From: a bacterium
Lineage (GTDB): Bacteria; Patescibacteriota; Dojkabacteria; GCA-016699595; JBAXKR01
DNA length: 64,000 nucleotides
NCBI GenBank assembly: GCA_037131125.1
Contig: JBAXRR010000003.1
Coordinates: 3,682 to 67,681 of the forward strand
Direction: 5' to 3'
Shown here: positions 12,993 through 22,731 of the stretch, piece by piece
How the letters are laid out: each line of letters begins with the position of its first letter
Position numbering within the stretch: the first letter of the stretch is position 1
The notes under the pieces: model-generated
Databases searched by the model: none
What the model was told of the DNA's origin: nothing
The model's input: the letters and a program-made list of their open reading frames with translations, nothing else
Program-made: the position numbers and the translations under genes

Positions 12993-13715
12993 TTAGTATT
13001 TCAAAATATTAAACAATGATATCATAAGGTTTTCAAGGGTTAAACGCAAGTTGACTTCTGATTTAAAGTATTCTTGATACTTAAAAATGTTTTCAAGTAT
13101 TAAGTATTTATTCTTATTGGAAATGTTTGTAGGGTTTTCTCTAAGTTCGATAAACATCTGGTTAAATAAACTATCTACATTTTCTCTTCTTTCTCTTGGA
13201 TCCTTAATTGCAAGTAAATCTTTTACTATCTTTAATCTTTCGTCTAATTTGCAATTTAAAATATCCTTAAACGTTTTAGAATCATTTCTTTTACCATTTA
13301 GATTCACAATGTCACATCTAGATTTAATTGTACTTAGTAAACTATTGATATTAGTAGTCTTGAGAATAATGAAGCTCCCCTTTTGAGGTTCTTCTATTGT
13401 TTTTAAAAGTCCTGCTTGTGCATCTGGAGTTAACTTCTCACTATCTGATATTACCAGCACCTTATACTTGCTCTTTAAAGGCTTTAAAAAAAACTTTGGA
13501 AGTACATTTTTAATTTCTTCTATTCCAATTGAGAGTTTATCTAAATCTTTCATTGAGAGTTCAACTATGTCCGGATTGTTAATAATCTCATCCTCATTCT
13601 TTGTCTCATAGATTACGTTTAATATTTCAAAAGTCGTCGAAGATAAAATATTCTTATCTTGAGAATATACAATGATTGATGCGGAGTCTCTTTTTGTTAA
13701 GTAGTTGAAGTACAT
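12993..13715 (-). CDS. holB: DNA polymerase III delta-prime-like clamp-loader subunit
   Basis: LLKTIEEPQ...TIKSRC matches the clamp-loader sensor/SRC motifs. There is no intact Walker A, as in delta-prime. Confidence 0.55.
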   Translation of the reverse strand: MYFNYLTKRDSASIIVYSQDKNILSSTTFEILNVIYETKNEDEIINNPDIVELSMKDLDKLSIGIEEIKNVLPKFFLKPLKSKYKVLVISDSEKLTPDAQAGLLKTIEEPQKGSFIILKTTNINSLLSTIKSRCDIVNLNGKRNDSKTFKDILNCKLDERLKIVKDLLAIKDPRERRENVDSLFNQMFIELRENPTNISNKNKYLILENIFKYQEYFKSEVNLRLTLENLMISLFNILKY

Positions 13716-13764
13716 ACTTATATATTATATAGTTTTAAATACTAGAATAGTATAGAATATACTA

Positions 13765-15984
13765 ATGCCCCAACAGGATAACACTGCACAAAACAAACAG
13801 ACAAGTATACAAGGAGTTAAGCCTATTCAGACTGGTCTACCACCTATTGATCCAGCTTTAATAAAAACAGATAATGTTAGTATAAATTCACTTCCCAAAG
13901 GTCCTGCAATTAATATCCTAAAGCCAGCAGAAGTCAAAGCACCAGTTCCTGAAGTTAAGGTTACTGTACCGGAAGTTAAACCTGAAGTTTCCCCAGTTCC
14001 CGTTGTTTCTGTAGTGCCAAAGAATCCAGTAGTAACTCCTAACCCTATTCTAAGTAAACCCGTCAATCCAGTATTGGATCCACTCCCGCAAAGTAAAAAC
14101 TTAGGAAGTTCTGATCTAGGCAATCCTTTATCTGGTGTAATACTTCCCAAAAATGAGGTGCCAGAACCACTTGCCAATGGTGCGAAGAGACGATCTCTAT
14201 TAGATATTCTCTTTTCACAAGGTAAGATAACAAAAGACTTTTTCGAATCTGCAAAATTTGAAATTCTTTCTAAAAATATTAATGAAGAAGATTATATTAA
14301 TTCAAAAGCAATTATTAGCCCTGTAGATTTACTCAAGGCTAAGTCTGAAGCATATGGAGTTCCATTTGTAGATTTGAATAGAGAGGAATTAAAGAAAGAG
14401 GTTCTTTACAAAATTCCTTATGAGACTGCAAAGAATAACTCTGTTATTGCCTTTGATGAAACTCCTAAAGGTGTAAAGATTGCTTTAGTAGATCCACTTG
14501 ATATTCAGAAGGTTAAGTTTATTCAAACATTTCTTTCCCAAAACGTTATTCCATATTTTGCTGAAGAAGATGCAATAAAGAAAATAATTGATACTAAATA
14601 TAATGCGCAATTTGATACTGAAGTTAGTCAGGCTGTTGAGTCTGTTAAAGGTTCAGGGCTTGTTCTTGAAGAGGAGTTAAGCTCTCTTAATGAGCTTAAT
14701 ATGAATATTCAAAATGCCCCAGTGTCTAGAATTGTTAACATGATTCTTGAGTATGGGATTAAATTTAAAGCTTCAGATATTCATATTGAACCTAAGGAAG
14801 GAAGAGTCTCTGTAAGATATAGAATCCATGGTATTTTATCTGAGAAGGTTACTCTCCCCCACCAGCTTGCAGCTTCGGTTGTATCTAGAATTAAAATTCT
14901 TTCTGAACTTAAAATAGATGAGCATAGAATACCTCAAGATGGTAGATTTGAAATTCAAGTTGGAAAAACTAAGGTTGACCTTCGTATCTCAATAATGCCA
15001 GTCATTCATGGTGAAAAAATAGTTATTAGAATCTTGGATAAAACTTCAGGTATTTTGCCACTTGAGAAAACGGGTATGCATGGTTCAGCATTTAAAACAT
15101 ATAGTGATTCACTTCACTCCACTCAAGGAATTATTTTAATTACTGGTCCTACAGGTTCTGGTAAAACTGTTACATTAGCATCTTCTCTCTCTATTCTTAA
15201 CAAACAAGAAGTAAATATAGTTACTCTTGAGGATCCTGTTGAAATCAGAATTGATGGAGTTAATCAAGTGCAAGTTAATCCAGATGTGGGGTTAACATTT
15301 GCAACAGGTTTGAGATCTTTTCTTAGACAAGATCCAGATGTAATCATGGTCGGTGAGATTCGTGATCAGGAAACTGCTCAGCTAGCAGTTCAGGCAGCTC
15401 TTGTTGGTAGACTTGTGTTAGCTACCTTGCATACAAATAGTGCATCTGCTGCAATACCTAGACTTCTAGATATGGGAGTGGAATCTTTTCTTTTAGCGTC
15501 TGTTATTAATGTGATCATTGCTCAACGTTTACCTAGAAAACTTTGTTTAAATTGTAGGCAAAAAGTTAAAGCAAGTGATGAAATTGTTACCAAATTTCAT
15601 GAAGTATTAGATGGACTTCAAGGTTTTGACATGTTCTCTTTCCCAAAGAGAGATTTCCCTCAAGTAGCACCAGGAGTTGTCCCAAGTACTGAAGCAATTA
15701 AAGCTGCTGAAACTACACCTAAAGGTAAACCAGAAGAAATTTTTATATATAAAGCAGTTGGTTGTGAAAAGTGTAATGGCACTGGATATTCTGGACGTAT
15801 TGGAATATTTGAAGTTCTTAAAATGAATGAAAAAATTGCAAAGATGTTAGTTGAGCATAGGTCATCTCAATCCATTCAAGAACAAGCATGTCAGGATGGA
15901 ATGATCACTATGCTTCAAGATGGATTTATGAAGGTTTTAAGTGGAGATACTACTTTTGAAGAAGTTATTAGAGTTCAAAACTAG
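13765..15984 (+). CDS. pilB: type IV pilus assembly ATPase PilB/GspE family, with a Pro/Val/Lys-rich N-terminal extension
   Basis: Walker A GPTGSGKT, Asp and His boxes, and the tetracysteine motif CLNC...CEKCNGTGY. Confidence 0.85.
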   Translation: MPQQDNTAQNKQTSIQGVKPIQTGLPPIDPALIKTDNVSINSLPKGPAINILKPAEVKAPVPEVKVTVPEVKPEVSPVPVVSVVPKNPVVTPNPILSKPVNPVLDPLPQSKNLGSSDLGNPLSGVILPKNEVPEPLANGAKRRSLLDILFSQGKITKDFFESAKFEILSKNINEEDYINSKAIISPVDLLKAKSEAYGVPFVDLNREELKKEVLYKIPYETAKNNSVIAFDETPKGVKIALVDPLDIQKVKFIQTFLSQNVIPYFAEEDAIKKIIDTKYNAQFDTEVSQAVESVKGSGLVLEEELSSLNELNMNIQNAPVSRIVNMILEYGIKFKASDIHIEPKEGRVSVRYRIHGILSEKVTLPHQLAASVVSRIKILSELKIDEHRIPQDGRFEIQVGKTKVDLRISIMPVIHGEKIVIRILDKTSGILPLEKTGMHGSAFKTYSDSLHSTQGIILITGPTGSGKTVTLASSLSILNKQEVNIVTLEDPVEIRIDGVNQVQVNPDVGLTFATGLRSFLRQDPDVIMVGEIRDQETAQLAVQAALVGRLVLATLHTNSASAAIPRLLDMGVESFLLASVINVIIAQRLPRKLCLNCRQKVKASDEIVTKFHEVLDGLQGFDMFSFPKRDFPQVAPGVVPSTEAIKAAETTPKGKPEEIFIYKAVGCEKCNGTGYSGRIGIFEVLKMNEKIAKMLVEHRSSQSIQEQACQDGMITMLQDGFMKVLSGDTTFEEVIRVQN

Positions 15985-16055
15985 TAATCATATAACATAT
16001 TTGATATTTTTATTTTAGGAAAATAAAGAAATAATTAATTATTAACTTTTGAAAA

Positions 16056-17702
16056 TTGGCACTGCCCAGCTTATCAGCATTGTATTCTGATGATCAAAGT
16101 ACAACTAAAGAGGAACCCAAAGTAACAACTGAAAAAGTTGATTCTAAACCTGAGGTAAAACCCGAGGTTAAAGCTGAACCAGCTAAGGTAGAAGCCGTTA
16201 CTTCATCAACCAATTTAGATGAACCTGTTAAAGATGAAATTGTAAAATCATCACCAATATCTTCAGAAAATATAACTGAGCCAGCTGTAGTGTTGCCAAA
16301 ATTAATTGAAAATAATCTGACTCCTGAAGATATTAAAAAGAAAATAGATAAAGAAAGTAATAGTAGTGATCCACTTCCTACACCTGAAAGAGCTAATCCT
16401 GAATCTGTTACTCCAGTTAAAATTCCTGTTACACCTCTCTCACCTACTGAAGTTGTAAAGGAAACCGTACCTGTAGAAAATAAAGTTACTTCTGAGGTGC
16501 CTGAGTTACCTGCTAGTCCACTTCAAGGTGTTGAATTTAGAAAACCAAGTGCAGATGCACCAGAAGATAAACCTAAAGAAGTTGTAGATACATCAATACA
16601 ATTTGGTGTAAGCGATGATAAATCTCCAGAGTCTAAAGATGAACCATATAAAATATTCGAATTACTAGATAAGGTTATTGCACTTAATGCTTCAGACTTA
16701 CATCTGACAGTTGGATATCCTCCATATATTAGAGTAGATGGAAAATTAAACATGTTAGGTAGTGTTCCAATAAACCCAAAGCAAATGGAATCTCTTCTTG
16801 CTCCTGTTCTTGGAACAAAGAATCAGGAACAATTGGAAATTAATAAAGAAGTAGACTTCTCATATGGTTATGGAGAGTTTGCTAGATTTAGAGTTAATGC
16901 TTTTAATCAGAGAAATACAATTGCTGCAGCATTTAGATTAATTCCTACAAAAATTCCAACGCTTGAGGAATTACATATTCCTAAAACAATGGAAGATTTT
17001 ACAAAACTTCCACAAGGATTTGTCTTAATAGTTGGACCTACTGGATCAGGGAAGAGTACGACACTTGCATCTATGCTTAATATTATTAATATGAGAGATG
17101 CAAGGCATATACTTACTGTAGAGGATCCTATTGAATATGTTTATCCAATTGCAAAAAGTATTGTTGAACAAAGAGAGGTTTCTCAAGATACTCACTCTTG
17201 GGATATTGCGCTTCGTTCTGCACTTCGTGAAGATCCTAATGTGGTGTTAGTTGGAGAAATGAGAGATTTTGAAACAATTGCTGCAGCTCTTACAGTTGCC
17301 GAAACTGGACATCTTGTGTTTGCAACACTTCATACTAATAGTGCTTCACAAGCTGTAGACAGAATTATTCATGTATTTCCTGCAGATCAACAAGCACAAA
17401 TTAGGATTATGTTGGCAAATGTGGTTACTGCTATTGTGTCTCAAAGACTTATTCCAACAATTGGAGGAGGAAGACGCGCAGCATTTGAAATCCTTATTGG
17501 TACATCTGCTGTTTCGAATATGATTCGTGAAGCTAAAGAACATTTAATAGATAACGTTATTCAAACTAGTGCAGATGTTGGAATGGTAACAATGGAAAAA
17601 TCACTTGTGGATTTAATTAGAGAGGGAAAGATAACTGTAGAGGATGCTCAGAATTTCACGACTAAACCTGAAGAATTAATGAGGTTAATTAATAAAGAGT
17701 AA
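16056..17702 (+). CDS. pilT: twitching-motility ATPase PilT family, with a ~200 aa low-complexity N-terminal extension (TTG start as called; true start uncertain)
   Basis: ASDLHLTVGYPPYIRVDG, GPTGSGKSTTLA and LVGEMRDFETIAAALTVAETGHLVFATLHT. Confidence 0.8.
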   Translation: MALPSLSALYSDDQSTTKEEPKVTTEKVDSKPEVKPEVKAEPAKVEAVTSSTNLDEPVKDEIVKSSPISSENITEPAVVLPKLIENNLTPEDIKKKIDKESNSSDPLPTPERANPESVTPVKIPVTPLSPTEVVKETVPVENKVTSEVPELPASPLQGVEFRKPSADAPEDKPKEVVDTSIQFGVSDDKSPESKDEPYKIFELLDKVIALNASDLHLTVGYPPYIRVDGKLNMLGSVPINPKQMESLLAPVLGTKNQEQLEINKEVDFSYGYGEFARFRVNAFNQRNTIAAAFRLIPTKIPTLEELHIPKTMEDFTKLPQGFVLIVGPTGSGKSTTLASMLNIINMRDARHILTVEDPIEYVYPIAKSIVEQREVSQDTHSWDIALRSALREDPNVVLVGEMRDFETIAAALTVAETGHLVFATLHTNSASQAVDRIIHVFPADQQAQIRIMLANVVTAIVSQRLIPTIGGGRRAAFEILIGTSAVSNMIREAKEHLIDNVIQTSADVGMVTMEKSLVDLIREGKITVEDAQNFTTKPEELMRLINKE

Positions 17703-17706
17703 ATAC

Positions 17707-18930
17707 ATGAAAGTATATAACTACGAAGCGTATACAAAAACTGGAGAAAAAGTTTCAGGTGAACTTGAAGCAGGATCTAAACAAGATGTTGTAACAATAC
17801 TTCAAAACCAAAGCCTTATTATTGTCCATGTTGCAGAGGGACAAAAATTTTCTTTAAGTAAGCTTACTAGTTTTAGCTTCGGAGGTATTGGGCTTAGTGA
17901 TAGAGTCATTTTTATGAAGCAGTTCTCTACTATGGTTAGCGCTGGTCTTCCAATTACAGAAGCACTTGAAACTTTATCTTCACAAATTAAATCTTCAACT
18001 TTAAAGTCTATTTTATCAAGGATATTAAAAGAAGTTAAAAGTGGTAGTTCACTTACTAATGCATTTAAGAAAAATGCTGGAATATTTGATCCTATTCAAA
18101 TTAACTTGATTGAAGCTGGAGAAAAATCTGGAAAACTTATTGAGATCATCGCAAAGATATCAAAAGATCTTGATCAAAGAAAAAACTTTGTTGGTAAAGT
18201 TAAAGGTGCCATGATTTATCCAATAATTATTTTCATCTTAATTATTGTGATCATGGTTGTTCTTATGGTCACAATGGTCCCTGCTGTTGAAACACTTTTC
18301 AAAGGATTTAAAGCTGAAGTTCCTTGGATTACTAAAGCAATGATCGCTGTTTCTAATTTCTTAAATCCAACAAGATCGATTGGAAGTATCCTGATAATAA
18401 TATTTGTAGTAGCTTTTATAATTGGATTTAGATATTACCGTGCAACTCCATCTGGTAGAAAAATAACTGATAAAATTATTTTAAGAGTTCCAGTATTTGG
18501 GAAAATTACTTCACTTCTTAATACTGAAGAGTTTTGTAGAATCTTATCCATGCTTATGCAAAGTGGTGTCCCAATAATTGAAAGTTTAAGAATTGTTGCT
18601 GGAGCTATGAATAATGTCATATTTAGAGAATCTGTTATGAACATGATTCCACAAATTGAAAAAGGTTTTCCACTAGCAGCTCCAATGTTAAGAGATGGTG
18701 TATTTCCTCAAATATTAACTAGAATGGTTGGAACAGGAGAACAAACTGGTAAGTTAGATAAAGTTCTAACAGATATGGGAAAGTATTATGAGGATGAACT
18801 TGATGCTATTACAAGTAATCTTACGAAACTTATGGAACCTGTTATTCTTTTAGTAGTTGGTTTCTTTGTAGGACTTATGGCGATTGCAATTTATCTCCCT
18901 ATTTACCAATTGGCAACTGTAGTTAAATAA
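17707..18930 (+). CDS. pilC: type IV pilus platform protein PilC (GspF family)
   Basis: Two T2SS-F repeats and three TM segments. 407 aa. Confidence 0.8.
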   Translation: MKVYNYEAYTKTGEKVSGELEAGSKQDVVTILQNQSLIIVHVAEGQKFSLSKLTSFSFGGIGLSDRVIFMKQFSTMVSAGLPITEALETLSSQIKSSTLKSILSRILKEVKSGSSLTNAFKKNAGIFDPIQINLIEAGEKSGKLIEIIAKISKDLDQRKNFVGKVKGAMIYPIIIFILIIVIMVVLMVTMVPAVETLFKGFKAEVPWITKAMIAVSNFLNPTRSIGSILIIIFVVAFIIGFRYYRATPSGRKITDKIILRVPVFGKITSLLNTEEFCRILSMLMQSGVPIIESLRIVAGAMNNVIFRESVMNMIPQIEKGFPLAAPMLRDGVFPQILTRMVGTGEQTGKLDKVLTDMGKYYEDELDAITSNLTKLMEPVILLVVGFFVGLMAIAIYLPIYQLATVVK

Positions 18931-19065
18931 ATATTTGACAAATATTTTGTTAAATTGTATTTATTTAAGTAATTAAATTCCGAAGTAAATATACTTTACA
19001 TCATCATTAAAAAGAGTATATTTGAAGAAAGTATTTTTTTAGTTTATTTTTTATAAGGTTCAGCT

Positions 19066-19548
19066 ATGAACAACAAAAAAGCATTCACAATCGTTGAACT
19101 TCTGGTTGTGATGGCAGTTATCGGAGTATTGCTATCTCTTGCAGTATTCGGTATACAAGCATTACAAAAGAATCAAAGAGAGACTCAAAGATTAAATGAC
19201 CTGAGAAATGTCCAAGGTACATTAGAATCTTTTTATTCTAAGAACAAAAGATATCCTTTAGATACTGAACTTACAATCCCAGCAGGAACATCAAATTTTG
19301 TAGTTACAACTGGAGTTGGAAATGGAGCTCCAACATTTGCAACAATTCCTATACAGTCTTTGACTCCAACAATTGATGGTAGTAAAGCATATTCTGGTAC
19401 ACTAGCAAATGCACCATGTACAACTCCTGCAACAGCAGATACATGGGTATTAAATTATAGAATTGCAACAACTAGTCCACAAGAGTATGCATTATTTGGA
19501 TGTACTGAAAATGGTACAACAACTAACTTAGGAAGCAAGAACGACTAA
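19066..19548 (+). CDS. type IV major pilin paralog 1
   Basis: Class III signal MNNKKA|FTIVELLVVMAVIGVLLSLAVFG with Glu at +5. Conserved C-terminus ...YALFGCTENG..TNLGSKND. Confidence 0.85.
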   Translation: MNNKKAFTIVELLVVMAVIGVLLSLAVFGIQALQKNQRETQRLNDLRNVQGTLESFYSKNKRYPLDTELTIPAGTSNFVVTTGVGNGAPTFATIPIQSLTPTIDGSKAYSGTLANAPCTTPATADTWVLNYRIATTSPQEYALFGCTENGTTTNLGSKND

Positions 19549-19574
19549 GTTAAATCTTAATAAGATTATTAATA

Positions 19575-19603
19575 CCCCTAGAGAAATTTAGGGGTATTTT
19601 TTA
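19575..19603 (+). terminator. intrinsic terminator after pilin paralog 1
   Basis: CCCCTAGA-gaaa-TTTAGGGG then TATTTTTTA. Confidence 0.6.
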
Positions 19604-19698
19604 TCTATATTATTATATTTCGATAATCTTTTTACATCCTACCGAAAAAGAGTACACTAGTGATCAGTCTCATAAATTTTATTTATTATCTAGAATGT

Positions 19699-20172
19699 AT
19701 GGCAAGCAAAAAAGCCTTCACAATCGTAGAACTTCTCGTTGTGATGGCAGTGATTGGAGTACTGCTCTCCTTAGCAGTTTTCGGTATTCAGGCTTTACAA
19801 AAGAGTCAAAGAGAGACTCAGAGATTAAATGACTTGAGAAATATTCAAGGAACATTAGAATCTTTTTATTCTAAGAATAAAAGATATCCTCTAAATACTG
19901 AACTTCCAACTCCAGATACTACTAATTTTGTTATAACTGCAACTGGAGCAGCTACACCATTTGCAACAATTCCAATACAGTCACTAACTCCATCAATCTC
20001 AACAGACTATACTGCAACAAGTGCATATAAGACACCTCCTACTTGTCCAGCAACATCAGCAGATACATGGACAATATTCTACAGAGTATCAACAGATAGT
20101 CCTCAAGAATATGCATTATTTGCATGTACTGAGAATGGTTTATCAACTAACTTAGGAAGTAAAGTAGACTAA
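19699..20172 (+). CDS. type IV major pilin paralog 2 (start moved to MASKKAFTIVE)
   Basis: Same N-terminal prepilin segment and C-terminal module. The ORF-track start at 19660 adds an unlikely 13-aa leader. Confidence 0.8.
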   Translation: MASKKAFTIVELLVVMAVIGVLLSLAVFGIQALQKSQRETQRLNDLRNIQGTLESFYSKNKRYPLNTELPTPDTTNFVITATGAATPFATIPIQSLTPSISTDYTATSAYKTPPTCPATSADTWTIFYRVSTDSPQEYALFACTENGLSTNLGSKVD

Positions 20173-20198
20173 GTTAAATCTTAATAAGATTATTAATA

Positions 20199-20226
20199 CC
20201 CTGGAAGAAATTCTGGGGTATTTTTT
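20199..20226 (+). terminator. intrinsic terminator after pilin paralog 2
   Basis: CCCTGGAA-gaaa-TTCTGGGG (with G-U pairs) then TATTTTTT. The ~50 nt upstream are identical to the region after paralog 1. Confidence 0.55.
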
Positions 20227-20283
20227 GTTTCTTTCAAATATAGTATATTTATAATATATATATTATTTTTTACTTTCACAGGA

Positions 20284-20763
20284 ATGAAAAGTTTCAAAGC
20301 TTTCACAATTGTAGAACTTCTCGTTGTGATGGCAGTTATTGGAGTTCTATTATCTCTCGCAGTCTTTGGAATACAAGCACTTCAAAAGAATCAAAGAGAA
20401 ACTCAAAGACTAAGTGATTTGAGAAATATTCAAGGATCTTTAGAATCATATTATTCTAAATATAGGAGATATCCTAATGGAGAACAGATATATATTGAAA
20501 ATAATAATTATTCATTATTAGAAACAGATACAAATGGCGCAAGATTTGTATCTATTCCTATTCAATCATTAACTCCAACGATAATGACTCGAGAATATAT
20601 GTATGTTACATGCGATGCAAACGAAGGAGAGAATGCAAGTGCTGATTCATGGTGGGTTGGGTACGGAACATCAGTGCAAAACAATCCACAACAGTACGAA
20701 CTATATGCGTGTACAGAAAATGGAAAGTCTGTTAATTTGGGAACCGCTGGTAATCCACAATAA
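20284..20763 (+). CDS. type IV major pilin paralog 3
   Basis: MKSFKAFTIVELLVVMAVIG... and C-terminal ..YELYACTENGKSVNLG. Confidence 0.85.
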   Translation: MKSFKAFTIVELLVVMAVIGVLLSLAVFGIQALQKNQRETQRLSDLRNIQGSLESYYSKYRRYPNGEQIYIENNNYSLLETDTNGARFVSIPIQSLTPTIMTREYMYVTCDANEGENASADSWWVGYGTSVQNNPQQYELYACTENGKSVNLGTAGNPQ

Positions 20764-20798
20764 ATTAATGACAGTATTCTAATTTTACTATTAATAAA

Positions 20799-21398
20799 AT
20801 GAGATTAAATAACAAAGCATTTACTATTGTTGAACTTCTTGTTGTTATGGCAGTTATTGGAGTTCTATTATCTCTCGCAGTCTTTGGAATACAAGCACTT
20901 CAGAAAAATCAGAGGGAGACACAAAGATTAAATGATCTTAGAAATATTCAAGGATCTTTAGAATCCTATTACTCAAAGTATAGGAGATATCCAACTGAAA
21001 ATGAATTGAAAGATACATATGTTGCAACTGCTCCAAAATTACTAAATGGTAGTTTGTTAAATGAAATAAATGCTCAAAGACAAGTAGGTGGATTTGTACC
21101 TAGAGATCCTAACGTTTTTGTTCTATATTATGGAAATGTGGTTTATGCTACCATTCCAATCCAATCACTTACCCCTACTGTTATGAATGTTGGCTATATG
21201 TATGCAACCTGTTCAGATAATGGAATTAATTCAGATCAGCATGTAGCAACCGCAGATACATGGTGGGTTGGATATAGTACAGCTTTAGTTGATAACCCTC
21301 AAGAATATGGTCTATACGGTTGCACAGAAAACGGATTATCCACTAATTTAGGTAGCAAGAATGATGGTGAAGGAAATGGAAGAGTGTTTATAAATTAG
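20799..21398 (+). CDS. type IV major pilin paralog 4
   Basis: MRLNNKAFTIVELLVVMAVIG... and C-terminal ..YGLYGCTENGLSTNLGSKND. Confidence 0.85.
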   Translation: MRLNNKAFTIVELLVVMAVIGVLLSLAVFGIQALQKNQRETQRLNDLRNIQGSLESYYSKYRRYPTENELKDTYVATAPKLLNGSLLNEINAQRQVGGFVPRDPNVFVLYYGNVVYATIPIQSLTPTVMNVGYMYATCSDNGINSDQHVATADTWWVGYSTALVDNPQEYGLYGCTENGLSTNLGSKNDGEGNGRVFIN

Positions 21399-21479
21399 TC
21401 TGTTTTACTTATGATGACAAGTAAGATATATTTGAACAGAAATATAGTGAAAGTAATATAATATTTTATAGTTATCTTT

Positions 21480-22139
21480 ATGAAAAAAGCATTTACAATT
21501 GTAGAGCTGTTAGTGGTTATGGCAGTAATCGGTGTTTTGATTTCCTTATCCATTGTTGGAGTTCAAGCTGTTCAAAAAGCACAAAGAGAAACATCTCGGT
21601 TAACTGATTTAAGCAATATTCAAGGAGCTCTAGAATCATATTTCCAAAAATATGAAAGATATCCACTACAGCAAGAACTCGGTACAACATACGTTGCAGC
21701 ATATTCACCTACTTCTCCTTCAAATTTATTAAGTAAAAATTTATTGGGTGAGGTAAATGCAGTATTTGATATTCCTGGCAATGGTGGTCCACAACCACAA
21801 ATACCACCAGGCGGTCAAGATCCACAAAATCCAGGTCAACAGCAAAACCCAGGTGTAGGTCAACATCAATATAATCCTCCAAATGCTTTTGCTATATATA
21901 ATGGAGAAACTCAAATTTCCACTCTTCCAATGCAATCTCTTGGGTCAACAATTATGAATTCTGCATACTCAACTGAAACATGTGAATTTTCACCCGTATC
22001 AGCACATTTTGGAAAAGCAGATACATGGTGGATTGGATATACTGCTACTGGACCAACACCACAAAAATATGGGCTATATGCTTGCACAGAAAGTGGTAAG
22101 ACTAAAAATTTTGGAGTTAAAAATGATGCAGGAAATTGA
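21480..22139 (+). CDS. type IV pilin paralog 5 (divergent, with a Pro/Gln-rich insert)
   Basis: MKKAFTIVELLVVMAVIG... and C-terminal ..YGLYACTESGKTKNFG. Confidence 0.8.
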   Translation: MKKAFTIVELLVVMAVIGVLISLSIVGVQAVQKAQRETSRLTDLSNIQGALESYFQKYERYPLQQELGTTYVAAYSPTSPSNLLSKNLLGEVNAVFDIPGNGGPQPQIPPGGQDPQNPGQQQNPGVGQHQYNPPNAFAIYNGETQISTLPMQSLGSTIMNSAYSTETCEFSPVSAHFGKADTWWIGYTATGPTPQKYGLYACTESGKTKNFGVKNDAGN

Positions 22140-22172
22140 ATAATTTAAGCCAATATTTTGCTTTGTATATTT

Positions 22173-22706
22173 ATGAGAAAAGAAAACGACTCATTCACAA
22201 TTATTGAGCTTCTTGTAGTTATGGCAATTATAGGTATTCTTGTTACCTTAAGTATTGTTGGTATACAACAGGCACAAAAATCTACGAGAGTTACTAGAAT
22301 CAATAATACGACATTGTTACTTAAAGCTGAACTAACCAAGTACTATAACGAATTTAGACAATATCCGGTAAGTTTATGGGGAGATACTACAAACAGTGTT
22401 GTATTTATGTGTAATCCAAAATTCCCAGAGTGTGGAGCAAATAATGCACCGTATACAAGTTCAAATGTATATTCCTATGTTAAAGCAGATCAGGCAGGCT
22501 TCGGAGGTATGCAACAATATTTATCAGAAGATGGAGCACATTCTGAATCTTCTCAATGTATTAACGGAGGATCTGTAAACGAAGAAAATTGGTTGATATA
22601 CTATTCTGCGAACTCCTTAAATAGACCTCAAAGTTTTTATCTTGCATCTTGTAGTGAGAATGGTTGGAAGGAGTTTTCAGAAACTCCTCTTCCTGCTTCG
22701 AATTGA
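22173..22706 (+). CDS. type IV pilin paralog 6 (divergent; start at MRKENDSFTIIEL)
   Basis: Prepilin N-terminus S|FTIIELLVVMAIIG. C-terminal YLASCSENGWKEF. Confidence 0.75.
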   Translation: MRKENDSFTIIELLVVMAIIGILVTLSIVGIQQAQKSTRVTRINNTTLLLKAELTKYYNEFRQYPVSLWGDTTNSVVFMCNPKFPECGANNAPYTSSNVYSYVKADQAGFGGMQQYLSEDGAHSESSQCINGGSVNEENWLIYYSANSLNRPQSFYLASCSENGWKEFSETPLPASN

Positions 22707-22731
22707 TTTAGATATTTTAGATATTTATTCT

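Noticed and set aside
13827-14254. Minus-strand ORFs 13827..14177 and 14063..14254 within the pilB 5' region
   Set aside because: Antisense reading of the Pro/Val/Lys-rich repeat. Gly/Thr/Ser-rich artefact.
22145-22339. Minus-strand 64-aa ORF and other short ORFs (21517..21708, 21741..21935, 22396..22578, 23205..23399) within the pilin array
   Set aside because: They overlap pilin paralogs with clear family features. Antisense or alternative-frame artefacts.
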